Below, piece by piece: positions 27,455-39,319 of a DNA stretch of 64,000 nucleotides. The notes beneath the pieces were generated by a model, which made no database searches, was not told the origin of the DNA, and worked only from the letters and a program-made list of their open reading frames with translations. Positions within the stretch are counted from its first letter, which is position 1. Each line of letters starts with the position of its first letter. A program made the position numbers and the translations under genes. The DNA comes from Antedon mediterranea (taxonomy: Eukaryota > Animalia > Echinodermata). Location: contig NC_092670.1 in assembly GCF_964355755.1 (NCBI RefSeq), positions 23,298,795 to 23,362,794 on the forward strand, in the 5' to 3' direction.

Positions 27455-30400
27455 ATATATTATATAACACCTAAATAAATTCCTGTCATTTGATTGGACG
27501 AATGTGGGTCACATGGCGTGCAATAGTACGCACTATTCAACGATCGTTAAATAGTACTTTTTGAAACATTTTTGTGTACGAAAAAAAAAACGTCTCGCGG
27601 ATGAAAAAAAATCTAGTACACAAATTATCCTATGATATGGCTATGTACTGTGAAATACAACAGCGCCACCTGTCGTCTGGTCTGAGTTTCATTTGTAAAC
27701 ACCACCGCGAGATATGCAACAGCAGCAGATATTTGTGTACGATTTGGACATTATGTACTAATTTCATTCAAAAAGGCATTTAAATTAACTTTAGATCGTT
27801 TTTAGGATTTTGATTAATTAATGGGGACATCCCTACAGGACGTGGAATTGTTGGAAAAACCATAATTAGCTTAGATAAGTTCCAATTATCTGTCGAAGTT
27901 TTGCCTTTCAGCCAAGCTAGTACTAGGCTACTAGGTCTAGCCTAGGCCATGCTAGTATGGGATCCAGTCAAGTCGCCCCATCGCAAAGTCGCCCCATACA
28001 AAGTCGCCCAATACAAAGTCGCCCCATCGCAAAGTCGCCCCAAAACAAAGTCGCCCCGGCACAGTCGCCCCATTACAAAGTCGCCCCATCGCAAAGTCGC
28101 CCCAACGCAAAGTCGCCCCATCGCAAAGTCGCCCCAACGCAAAGTCGCCCACGGTTTTATTTCGGAAGTGCCGCCGCTAGTTTTAATCATATATATAGCG
28201 GTTGCGTTTGATATCGATTGCGTTGTTACTTTGGTCGCGCTAAATGTCGTATACATTATAATGTTTATCCTATTATATACATAATTTGTGTTTTAATTTT
28301 AATTTTACAGGTTTTAATGGAGTGATGTGCTTTTTAAAAATCATTAAAAAATAGTCCCTTGTTTGAAAGTTCTAAAAAGATTTCCAAAAGATTATCCCTG
28401 ATTTATAGTTTCGAAAATGTTAATTTAATATGATTTTAAAATTAGTTACCAGAGCCACAATTACGAACCTTTCTTCAACCTACGCGTGGATACCAGCTCA
28501 TTTTTTAGGATAATATAATAAGTGTATAAATAGTAGGCCTTCGTATATTTACAGTAGTTAAAACAATAACAGCGTTGTAAGACAATAAATGTTATATAGG
28601 CTACTTATTGATCATTTTTTGCATTTATTGACAAGTTATGTGTCTATAGTTATTTAATTTTAATTATGACTTTTCAAAATGAAGAAATAAAAAATAGGGA
28701 TTTCTTCGCCGATATGATCGTTTTACACATGCAGGTATTTTAGTAAAATTAAAACGCTACATTTTGACCATGGAAAAACCATCGTACAGTATGATTATCG
28801 TGTGCGTGTTTTTTAAAAAGGGGAATCCCCGACGGGCAGCAGAAAGACGTAGCAGCTGTGAGAAGGAAACAGATACCAGAAGGAGCAGCTCCGATTGGTT
28901 TCAGAGAATGTTTCAGATTGCGAGTCGCTTTTTATTCAACAGCAGAATGATCATTTTACTGAAGAAATTCTTTTCAACCCTTTTGGTTATAGAACATTCT
29001 AATTATCATGCCTAATAAATATCCTCATATCGGTTGTTTATTTAATTTTAATAAACAAGACAGTGAAGAGGCACGGAATAATACGTACACGGACGTACGA
29101 CGAATACACACATGCACGTCATCATTTACGACATATAGTGGCGATATGATGCAATTTTATAATGGATATAATGATGGGATTGCATTTCCAGGCTTATAAT
29201 CAATGTTCATTGTAATACTATGTATATAATAGTAAACTGAATGTTTATAAATAAATTGTTTTACCTAATTTGTTGCATATAAAAAATAAAAGACACAGAC
29301 GTAGCCTACGTTCCCTATAAAATATTTCACATTTAAATTTATGTACTGTTAAATGACATTATGCTGAATAATAGGCTTACTATAATCTTAAACTATGTTT
29401 ACAAATTGTCATTTTTAAGGCACACATCTTTCTCTCATCATAGACATCAGTGTAAAATAAAAACAAAAATCAATTATTAATATAGGCCTAATAATAATAA
29501 ATATTCATCGACCAAAGTAAAAATAATCTAGATCGTATAACATCATTTTATCGCGACCAAAATTAAACGCCAACCGATTTCGAACGCGACTGATATCATC
29601 GTAAAACTCCGACGGGGTTTCCCCATCTTCAGATGGTGCGTTGTAGTGCGACAACGGCGGAGTAATTACGGGGGTTTCCCTCTGGTGAGAGCTAGCACGT
29701 TAGTGCGACCGCGGAGTGATTAGTTGGGGGCTTCGATCCTCTCTGATGATTGGGGAGCGTGCCGATCGTGTGACCTGAGACTACATGGCGGGGCTTCCCC
29801 TTTTTATGCCTACACGTTCCGTGTTATTTTGTGTATCATTGCGACATTTTACGCACTTTTAAACTATTTTTTAACGTTTTGGGGCGACTTTGCGATGGGG
29901 CGACTTTGCGATGGGGCGACTTTGCGTTGGGGCGACTTTGCGTTGGGGCGACTTTGCGATGGGGCGACTTTGCAATGGGGCGACTGTGTCAGGGCGACTT
30001 TGTTTTGGGGCGACTTTGCGATGGGGCGACTGTGTATGGGGCGACTTTGTATGGGGCGACTTTGCGATGGGGCGACTTGACTAGCATCCGCTAGTATTAG
30101 GCTAGGCCTAGCCTAGGCGTTTTAGCCTTGCTAGGCCTAGGATTGTTTGGTCGTTTGTTGACATAATTAACACAAAAGTAGGTGTGTTTACGAAATCCAT
30201 ATAAATATAACATTTAATATAAAATTATTTAAAACGAAATGTTACTGTTTTTAATCAATGTGTGTGAATGAAATGTAGTAAACTTTGGCTAGGGCTACCT
30301 TTTATTTGATTCAAATAACTAGAATTTATTTAGATGTTATATAAAACAAATAATGAATGTTTTGTATTCGTGTAATGGTACAAATAATGGCACTTGGTGA

Positions 30401-30518
30401 ATGATGAAAGGTTATATTTCAACTCGGCTCATCGCCTCGTTGAAATATAACCTTTCATCATTCACCTCGTGCCATTATTTGTACCATTACACTCATAAAC
30501 ATTCATTATTTGTATATT
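27455..30518 (+). mobile_element. Unclassified non-autonomous element with an asymmetric subterminal IR and a long 3' palindrome; host of the Mutator-like insertion
   Basis: 27461-27482 tatataacacctaaataaattc is the reverse complement (21/22) of 30322-30343. This is followed by a palindrome with ~75-bp arms at 30346-30513. Confidence 0.7.
27960..30089. mobile_element. Non-autonomous foldback/Mutator-like DNA transposon with tandemly repeated TIRs
   Basis: Termini ggatccagtcaagtcgcccc / ggggcgacttgactagcatcc. The ~200-bp TIRs are built from 16-bp aaagtcgccccatcgc units. 9-bp TSD gctagtatg (27951) / gctagtatt (30090). Confidence 0.88.
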
Positions 30519-30687
30519 ATTTCATTTCATATGCTATGCGAAAGAGATGGTTTTACAGCAACTGTTTGATGTCAATAGAGTTGGCATTCTTAATTGATTG
30601 TAGTACTGCAGTGTAGACTGATGTATATTTATCTACAGTGTATCTAATATAAATTTTATAAATAATTTATACACAACTTGGGTTATG

Positions 30688-33600
30688 TCATGTTTCCATT
30701 TCTTCTGTTCCTTTGCAAAAATTTTCAATTTCTGGAAAACATAATCAAGAAAATTATATTATTATTATTATACATAAACATGTACGAAATATGATATTGA
30801 TATTAACCAAGCAATATCATTGTGGTTTGGAGTGGTTGACATTTTTGCTTACCAATCATAGTCATTGGTTCAATTCTGTAAAGGTTTTTCCATCGCTCAA
30901 TGCAGCGTCTCATAAAAGGTTGAGAGAGCATGGGTTTCCCATCCTGTAACTGCATTGTCTTAAGCTCTGTCTACACTATCAAACTTTATGTGACAAAAAA
31001 ATGTGATGTGCCCATATATGGACATGATGATCTCATATCACTGCCATGTTTAAGCATATCACTAACATAGGCACATCACACTTTTTTGTCAAACTAGTTT
31101 GATAGTGTAGACAGAGGTTCAGCGACCATGAGTTTCCCATCATGTAACTGCATTGTATTACAAAATAAAAGATAAAACTCACTTTGTATAATGTTTTTGT
31201 ACGCCTCTGTTGCGGGCGAGTCTGGAACCTCTGTTAAAAATGATTTTCCTTCATCGCAACACTGACCTAAAATATAAAAATAATTAATGCTCATGAGTTG
31301 AATTGGAAGACTATTTCAACAAATGGAAATATTTTCTCTATTCAACGTATACAAAACATTCATTATTTGTTTTACAACAACTCTACCATTCTAAAATAAA
31401 ATTGTATTAAATTTATCCACTGCTTCAATATTAAATCAATGCCGAATGCTAGGTTAATTTTGTAAAATTTAAGTTCATACCTATTCTTGGATCCAACGGC
31501 AACTTCCCCAGAAATGGGATTTTCATGTCTTCTGCCATTTTCTCACCGCCACCTGTGGTTGGCGGAAAAATCTGTGATTGGTTCTATATGAAATAAAAAA
31601 AGTTTGTAAAATCAACATTTCTTTTTTGGATATGGATATATTAAATTTATTTATTTCTTTCAGTGAAACATAAAAAGGAGCACTGAAGAGAGACAAGAGC
31701 TGTCAAAGGCAACTATCACCAAAGGGAGCACTCAGGAGAGACAAGAGCTGTCAAAGGCAACTATCACCAAAGGGAGCACTGAGGAGAGACAAGAGCTGTC
31801 AAAGGCAACTATTGCCAAAGGGAGCACTGAGGAGAGACAAGAGCTGTCAAAGGCAACTATCACCAAAGGGAGCACTGAGGAGAGACAAGAGCTGTCAAAG
31901 GCAACTATCACCAAAGGGAGCACTGAGGAGAGACAAGAGCTGTCAATGACAACTATCACCAAAGGGAGCACTGAGGAGAGACAAGAACTGTCAAAGGCAA
32001 CTATCACCAAAGGGAGCACTGAGGAGAGACAAGAGCTGTCAATGACAACTATCACCAAAGGGAGCACTGAGGAGAGACAAGAACTGTCAAAGGCAACTAT
32101 CACCAAAGGGAGCACTGAGGAGAGACAAGAGCTGTCAATGACAACTATCACCAAAGGGAGCACTGAGGAGAGACAAGAACTGTCAAAGGCAACTATCACC
32201 AAAGGGAGCACTGAGGAGAGACAAGAGCTGTCAATGACAACTATCACCAAAGGGAGCACTGAGGAGAGACAAGAACTGTCAAAGGCAACTATCACCAAAG
32301 GGAGCACTGAGGAGAGACAAGAGCTGTCAAAGGCAACTATTGCCAAAGGGAGCACTGAGGAGAGACAAGAGCTGTCAAAGGCAACTATCACCAAAGGGAG
32401 CACTGAGGAGAGACAAGAGCTGTCAAAGGCAACTATCACCAAAGGGAGCACTGAGGAGAGACAAGAGCTGTCAATGACAACTATCACCAAAGGGAGCACT
32501 GAGGAGAGACAAGAACTGTCAAAGGCAACTATCACCAAAGGGAGCACTGAGGAGAGACAAGAGCTGTCAATGACAACTATCACCAAAGGGAGCACTGAAG
32601 AGAGACAAGAGCTGTCAATGACAACTATCACCAAAGGGAGCACTGAGGAGAGACAAGAGCTGTCAAAGGCAACTATCACCAAAGGGAGCACTGAGGAGAG
32701 ACAAGAGCTGTCAAAGGCAACTATCACCAAAGGGAGCACTGAAGAGAGACAAGAGCTGTCAAAGGCAACTATCACCAAATGGAGCACTGAGGAGAGACAA
32801 GAGCTGTCAAAGGCAACTATCACCAAAGGGAGCACTGAGGAGAGACAAGAGCTGTCAAAGGCAACTATCACCAAAGGGAGCACTGAGGAGAGACAAGAGC
32901 TGTCAAAGGCAACTATCGCCAAAGGGAGCACTGAGGAGAGACAAGAGCTGTGAAAGGCAACTATCACCAAAGGGAGCACTGAGGAGAGACAAGAGCTGTC
33001 AAAGGCAACTATCACCAAAGGGAGCACTGAGGAGAGACAAGAGCTGTCAAAGGCAACTATCACCAAAGGGAGCACTGAGGAGAGACAAGAGCTGTCAAAG
33101 GCAACTATCACCAAATGGAGCACTGAGGAGAGACAAGAGCTGTGAAAGTCAACTATCACCAAATGGCGTGTCGCTCCAACTCCAGACAAACAACACAAGC
33201 AAAATAAAAGAATTACAAACAACATACAATACATGTATGATTAAAAGATTATTGATTACTTAGCTACTTAAATATAAAAATAGAGGTATAAAAATATAGT
33301 GCTTCTTCTGTTATGAGTAAAATGTTACCTTGCATTTGGGGCAAACAAAGCCGCTCATGTTCTCAACAACACCAATGATTGGTAGATTAACTTTACGACA
33401 AAAGTTAACTTCTTTGCGAACATCCATCAAGGACACTTCCTGTAAAGACAGTGTATTTATTACCAGAACTTACTTCTGTACCTATAAATCACATACAGCC
33501 AGTTTAAGAATCGGGGAAGGGTAGGATTTTATACCCTATGCCCCAAATATGTAGGTTTGATCATCAAAAAAAATAGCCAATGATGGACCATATGTGGACA

Positions 33601-36600
33601 TGATGATGTCATATCACTACCATATTTGGGCACATCACTACTATATCAAACTAGTTTGATAGTGTGGACAGAGCTTTAAACTACTTGATTCAAAGTTAAT
33701 ACCTGTGGAGTAGTGATTAGTACAGCGCCATCTACGCCAGCACCGCTTAGGTATTGCACAATGGATAGGTGCTCATCAGAGGTACCTGGAGGGGTGTCTA
33801 CCACAAGGTAATCCAACTCACCCCAATCTACATCACGAAGAAACTGCTTGATCAGGCCTAAAGAAGAAATAGTTTATAACAATTTTATTTGAATTTGATA
33901 TGATTATTAAGCTGTCTACACTATTTAAGACATTTTTATTAGTCCACTTTAAATTAGAAATTTGTTTTGCTTGGCATAATTAAGACAATAAAACAACAAA
34001 GAAATGTTTTAACAGTAATTTAGCAGGTGAGTAGGATCTTTCATAATATTTTTTTCAAATTTTTGTAAGATACACTTCTTGTAAATCAGTGAACATGGAG
34101 TTACATGTGCTTTATTGATACGTTGTGAAATTTTACTATCAAACTAGTTTGACAAAAAAAGTGTGATGAGCCAAATATTGTAGTGATATGCCTAAATATG
34201 GTAATGATATGACATCATCATGTATGATGTCATCATGTGTAGACAGAGCTTTAGATATATTAAAAGGGATGTGTTCATAAAACTAGTGACAGCGTTGATA
34301 AAAGCACTGCACTACAAATCTAACGCCACCTCCAAGAGTGTAAATATGTTGATAATAAAAAATGTTACCATTTTTCTTTGGTCCTCTCCATATAACAGCA
34401 TCATCAGGACTATTTAGTAAAAATCCAACAGACATCACACCCAAATTATCCTCCACATACTACACAAAAAAATTAATAAAATCAAAAATTATTATTTAAG
34501 GGATGTACTGTATATGTTCAAATAATTGATGATTAAACAGTATTATACTTACAATAGGTGACCACCCAGAGCCACTCTGATGGACTTGTTCACCGTCAAC
34601 TCCCATGATGCGTGGTATAGATGGACCACAGATATCAACATCGAGAATGCCGACCTGTAGGATAAATACAATTAATTATTCTCTAATAATAGTCTCTAAA
34701 ATGGTTCATTAATTGAGTTTCTTTTTTAACAATATGCCACAAGACTATCAAGTGATTTTAATAGCTATTTTGCGCATATTCATGTTTCTGACAAAGTAGT
34801 GCAGTGCTTTGTGAAAACAGAAGTTTGTATATTATGGCAATGAATGCCTCCTCACCTGTGTGTCTTCCCTACTTGATATACCATGGGCTAGGTGAGCTGT
34901 GAAGGTACTTTTGCCTACGCCACCTTTTCCTGATAAAACCAAAACCTTGTGTTTTACAGACAACATGCGTTCCTTGATCTCTTCCACAGCTTTTGGAAAA
35001 TGAATTATAACAAAGTGTACAGTATTTTAGGTATCTTTGAATTGTATTTTTTTAATTAGATTGAATAAAATGAACTAACCCTGAATGAGACGCTAGTTAT
35101 ACAGTAAACCATTGTTTTTTAAGCGAAACAGAATAGTTGTGTTGATGATGCTAATAGACTACATTATTTGGACAATAACCATGTTACCTGGGTCAGGTGA
35201 TTTTGGAAGTCTGCTAGCACACACATTTTGATTAGGACACCCTTGAATGAGACACTAGTTATACACCATGGAATAGTTGTGTCCATGATGCTACTAGACT
35301 ATTGTACTTTCAACATTATTTGGATAATAACCATGTTACCTGGGTCAGGTGATTTTTAGTGTCTGCTAGCACACACATTTTGCTTAGGACACCCTAGAAT
35401 GAGACACTAGTTATACACCATGAAATAGTTGTGTCCATGATGCTACTAGACTATTGTACTTTCAACTTTATTTGTTACCTGGGTCAGGTGATTTTGGAAG
35501 TCCGCTAGCACACACATTTTGATTAGGACACCCTTCACAGGCTGACACTTTACCAGCCTCCTCACTCTTAACGCCAGGACAATCTAAAAACATTATGATA
35601 AAACGATCTTAAATCTGATGATGTCGGCATATTATTTACAAGTACAGAAACAATGTCGACACGCTTAATTGATTGGTCGGTTAAAATGCTTACTGATAAT
35701 ATATATATTTTGTCTTCATTCATATACAATACAAAGTAAATATCAGTTTGGTGGACGATCTGGATGGCTCAGTGGGGTAGTGATGAGACTATGGGGTTGC
35801 AGTATCGATATTTACTCTAGTACCACCTTTTTTTTTACCGATGTTCTTTTTTATAATTTGAAAGATTAGGGTTAGAATTTCAAATAGTTATATTTACGAA
35901 ATATGTCTTTAACTTTTATATTTTAGTAACAACTTTTTATATATGTTAGTTCGATGGCTAATCTAATGCACTTGTCAATTGTAGGACCCACTATACGACC
36001 CCCGGGAGAGGTGCGTCATGGGTGCGTCATTTACAAATAATTACTGACGCAGGGGTGCGTCAAAAAACCTAGATGGTACGTCACATCAATGAACAAGGTG
36101 TGTCAATGTCCGTCACTTTACCACCCACCATATCATAAAAAACATGGTCACAGTGCGTCAAAATGGGTGCGTCATGGTCACCTAAAGGTAAGTCACCTTT
36201 TTGACGCACGGGTGCGTCATGGTATTCAAAAGTATGACAAACATCGGACAAATGACGCACCTCTCCCGGGGGTCGTATAGTGGGTCATACAATTGACAAG
36301 TGCATAACCACAACACAGTAAGTTGTTTTCTAATGGCAAGTGGGCATATTCAGCTTTATTTAGGCCCTACTACTGACGTTTTAATAAATATTAATTTTTA
36401 AAAAAGAAAATAAGCAAAGCAACAAAAGGAACATTTTTACATTAAAAAAAAAAGAAAGTAAATCACAGACCGAGCTAACAAAAAGTGCGAGTGCCTACAC
36501 AATCGTCTCAAGTTAGTAAGTTAGGCCCGGTCAACACTCTTCTACCATCATTGCCAGAAAGCCTGCTGCGCCTGGTTGGGCGAGGGATAGAGTGAAGCAA

Positions 36601-36878
36601 GAAAGGAAGAAGGCCTAGGCCTAACTGGCTAGGGCCTAGGGGGCCTAGCTAGGGCCTATAGGCCTACTAGGCTATCCATACAGTTTGCGTAGGTAGGCCT
36701 AGTTAGCAGTAGAAGGGTAAACAAACTTCATAAAGTATTAAATTAAATATGACAAACTGTTATACTTAGATTAAGAGTTGAGTATATTATTTTATCTTTT
36801 AATTATAAAATACGAAAGTTATAGCCTACGTTCTGGAGCATTTTCTGGAACATCACTTTGATCTCTGTGGGCTGCCAT
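30688..36878 (-). CDS. NUBP1: Cytosolic Fe-S cluster assembly factor NUBP1 (Nbp35), ~325 aa, 10 coding exons
   Basis: Exons 36878-36830, 35583-35479, 34989-34856, 34654-34553, 34459-34369, 33857-33703, 33439-33329, 31583-31481, 31266-31183, 30731-30688; all GT-AG and in phase (978 nt). N-terminal [13 protein letters not shown] motif, deviant Walker [49 protein letters not shown]. Confidence 0.96.
30963..31118. mobile_element. H1 MITE copy (NUBP1 intron 9)
   Basis: agctctgtctacactatcaaact...agtttgatagtgtagacagag. Confidence 0.82.
31674..33165. repeat. 48-bp minisatellite, ~31 copies, in NUBP1 intron 7
   Basis: Unit aaagggagcactgaggagagacaagagctgtcaaaggcaactatcacc with few variants. It accounts for the 500-aa and 335-aa repetitive ORFs. 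Confidence 0.97.
35080..35535 (-). repeat. ~150-bp tandem triplication containing the 3' half of NUBP1 exon 2 and its splice donor
   Basis: gttacctgggtcaggtgatttt...gctagcacacacattttg.ttaggacaccc occurs at ~35183, ~35335 and ~35474 (the real exon). Confidence 0.92.
35967..36304 (+). mobile_element. 338-bp PIF/Harbinger-like MITE (family H2), in NUBP1 intron 1
   Basis: Same TIRs and TAA TSD; nearly identical to 19101-19438. Confidence 0.88.
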
Positions 36879-37509
36879 TTTCTTTTCCAATTGATTTCAT
36901 GAAAACAGCTTTGAAAACATCGATGATTGAATTGAAGAGATCAAAGACGCCGCGCCGCGCGTATATTGTCATCAACATAGGCCTAATATAAAAGTTAGGT
37001 AGACTGACTCATGTACTTACGAAAAAACAAAATATAATCTTTTTTTTTTGTAATTTATCAGATAAATTATAGACATGCAGCACAAAAACATATAATCGGT
37101 TGTGTATGATGGCCCAGGGAATTGTAAAATATTTTGCATGGCCTAAATATAATATGATGTTTTTTTCTCTCGAATTTGTCTGATTCAATAAAATAAGACC
37201 AGTGATCTTTTGGATTTAGGTCGTGTGTACTTCTTTCTTTGTGATTTTTACTGGCAGTGTATAAATTATTTTAAATAAAGACTCTGACCTTTACAGAGTG
37301 ACCTACTTAATTTACTTATTCATACCAGTTTTATATACAGCACATTCACAAGGTGACGTGAATTTACAATTAGTAGTGGTTATTACATGCATCATGCATC
37401 TGAATCTAATGCTACCACCTTTGGCTAGGTACCTACACAGTAGGCTACATTAATATGTATGCACAATATTTTGTAGGCGCGCGTATTAGTCAACTTCTGA
37501 AAACTTAAG

Positions 37510-37900
37510 ATTCAATTTATTGTCACATAATAATTATTACATACATGAAATTTGTTTTCCTGAGCTTAGAAACATAGGTACAATACAATTTAAAACAACA
37601 CAAAGTAACACATTAACTACTAATTATCTTGAAAAATGTACATTTTTAGGCCTATAGATGACAAGCATATGGGGGAAAAGAGTCTCTAAAACGGTTGGTT
37701 TTAACTTTGCATTGCCGAATTCTACCAGATCTATCAAAACTTACAATACTATTTAGCGGATGAGTCACATTTTTAATTATCCATTCTAATTTATTAAGAG
37801 CCGTTTTATCACAAAGAATACATATACTTTTAATTTCAACGCCTATTATTTTACATGCTGCTTTAGTTATTTTACATATTTGATTGATGTTTTTCAAAGT
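37510..37900 (-). mobile_element. 3' fragment of a Rex1/Babar-like LINE
   Basis: Translation ..IIKNVTHPLNS..RSGRIRQCKVKTNRFRDSFPPYA, then a 3' UTR ending aaatttcatgt...tgacaataaattgaat. Confidence 0.7.
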
Positions 37901-39319
37901 TAAATTTGAATACTTACTTATTTTACATTATTAAATGTAGTTTTTAAAAGCTTCCCAGTACATTTCTGATAATTCATTGCCAGCTCCACTACACACGTCA
38001 CCAAAAAACATCCCGCAAGTAGGCCTATCGATCCCTACGCATCCACTCCCCATCCCGGCCCTACTACCCTTCTACCAAACACACTCAGGTGATTTTTTTT
38101 TAAACCGGACCCAGTACAAATTACAATAATGTTGATATCGACTTGACGTAAGATTCACCGCTACCAACAAGATCACCGGTTCTCCCCAAGACCACTGCTT
38201 CTCCCTCGTTCTCATAAATGCGCGCCTGCGATTTGTATGTGATGGGGAATATGGTGCCACTGGAGGGGGTGGGACGCAATGGGGTGGAGAGCCACATAGT
38301 GTACTTCCAACTCACTCATACATAAACAATTTATTTGAGTGTGTTTTTACTAATAAAACACCTTGACTTTATTGTTGATAAATCAATTCGTTTGTATCGT
38401 AGAAACACAATAACATAATATTAACAGATCCATGGTCAATAGTCTATGTACTTTGTAAAGACTTCTAATTAGTCTATTCTTTAAATTCTGTAAGTAGCAA
38501 TTAAAAGATGGCCCGACACGATTACGATGAACCAAGGACGATCATTTTAGTTGTGGTTATCATAGACATAACTATGAAATGAAATAGCATAATTAACGTT
38601 ATTATTATAGGTCTTAAAACGGATTTGATAATGTTACTTAACCGTGAGAAAATTGGAAAGAATAAAGAATAAGCCTAATAAAGTGTAATAAATATTGTTA
38701 AATCTCTAAGTGAGTTGTGGTTTAATAGTTTAGTGCTCATCCTTCAAAATCAAAGCTTGGGTTCAACTCGTAGTGACTATTATGGTTGTACACGTGATGG
38801 TTCCAACATTTGAATATGAATAGATATTTTATGCCAATTTTTTCGACCAAAAATTACGAGAAAAAAAAATTTAATCAACTTTATTTTGTTATTTTTCTAC
38901 GTAAGTGAATAAGTTTATTAACATTGCAAAATGGCCTATTCAGAGTATGATACTATTAATTTTCTTTTTTCATGTTTTTTTTTAGTTTAGAATACATTAT
39001 ACTAAACTTTTTGGGTTTAGTTCTGAACATGGTCCTTACCTTTCGCTGATCGTTTTAGGCATATGCATCGCATACGTATCCAAGGCCTACCGGTACGGTA
39101 GGCATTATTTGTGAACAAGAATGAATCCTATTATAAACATAATATAGTAAGACCTCTATCTGTACAAGTATTTATTAGTAACGATACTTTCTAGCTAGGC
39201 ACACCACCGTTATTTGTTAAGTCTGTCGCAATGTTTAAGGTTGGATCCCGTTTCCACAAGCAACCAACTATACACTGAAAGGAAAAAACGTGACAGAAGA
39301 AATATAAGGATTGGACAGA

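Noticed and set aside
27942-30094. WGDFAMGRL / KSPHRKVAP repeat ORFs
   Set aside because: Translations of the 16-bp TIR repeats of the foldback element.
31674-33165. CRISPR-like array or tandem hammerhead ribozymes (CTGAGGA..GACA-loop-TGTC..AAA)
   Set aside because: There are no unique spacers and no cas genes. The hammerhead core lacks the required GAAA after a closed stem II, and stems I/III cannot be formed convincingly.
31732-33234. 500-aa (minus) and 335-aa (plus) repetitive ORFs
   Set aside because: Both are by-products of a 48-bp stop-poor minisatellite inside NUBP1 intron 7. The array is open on both strands, and the NUBP1 exons splice in phase across it.
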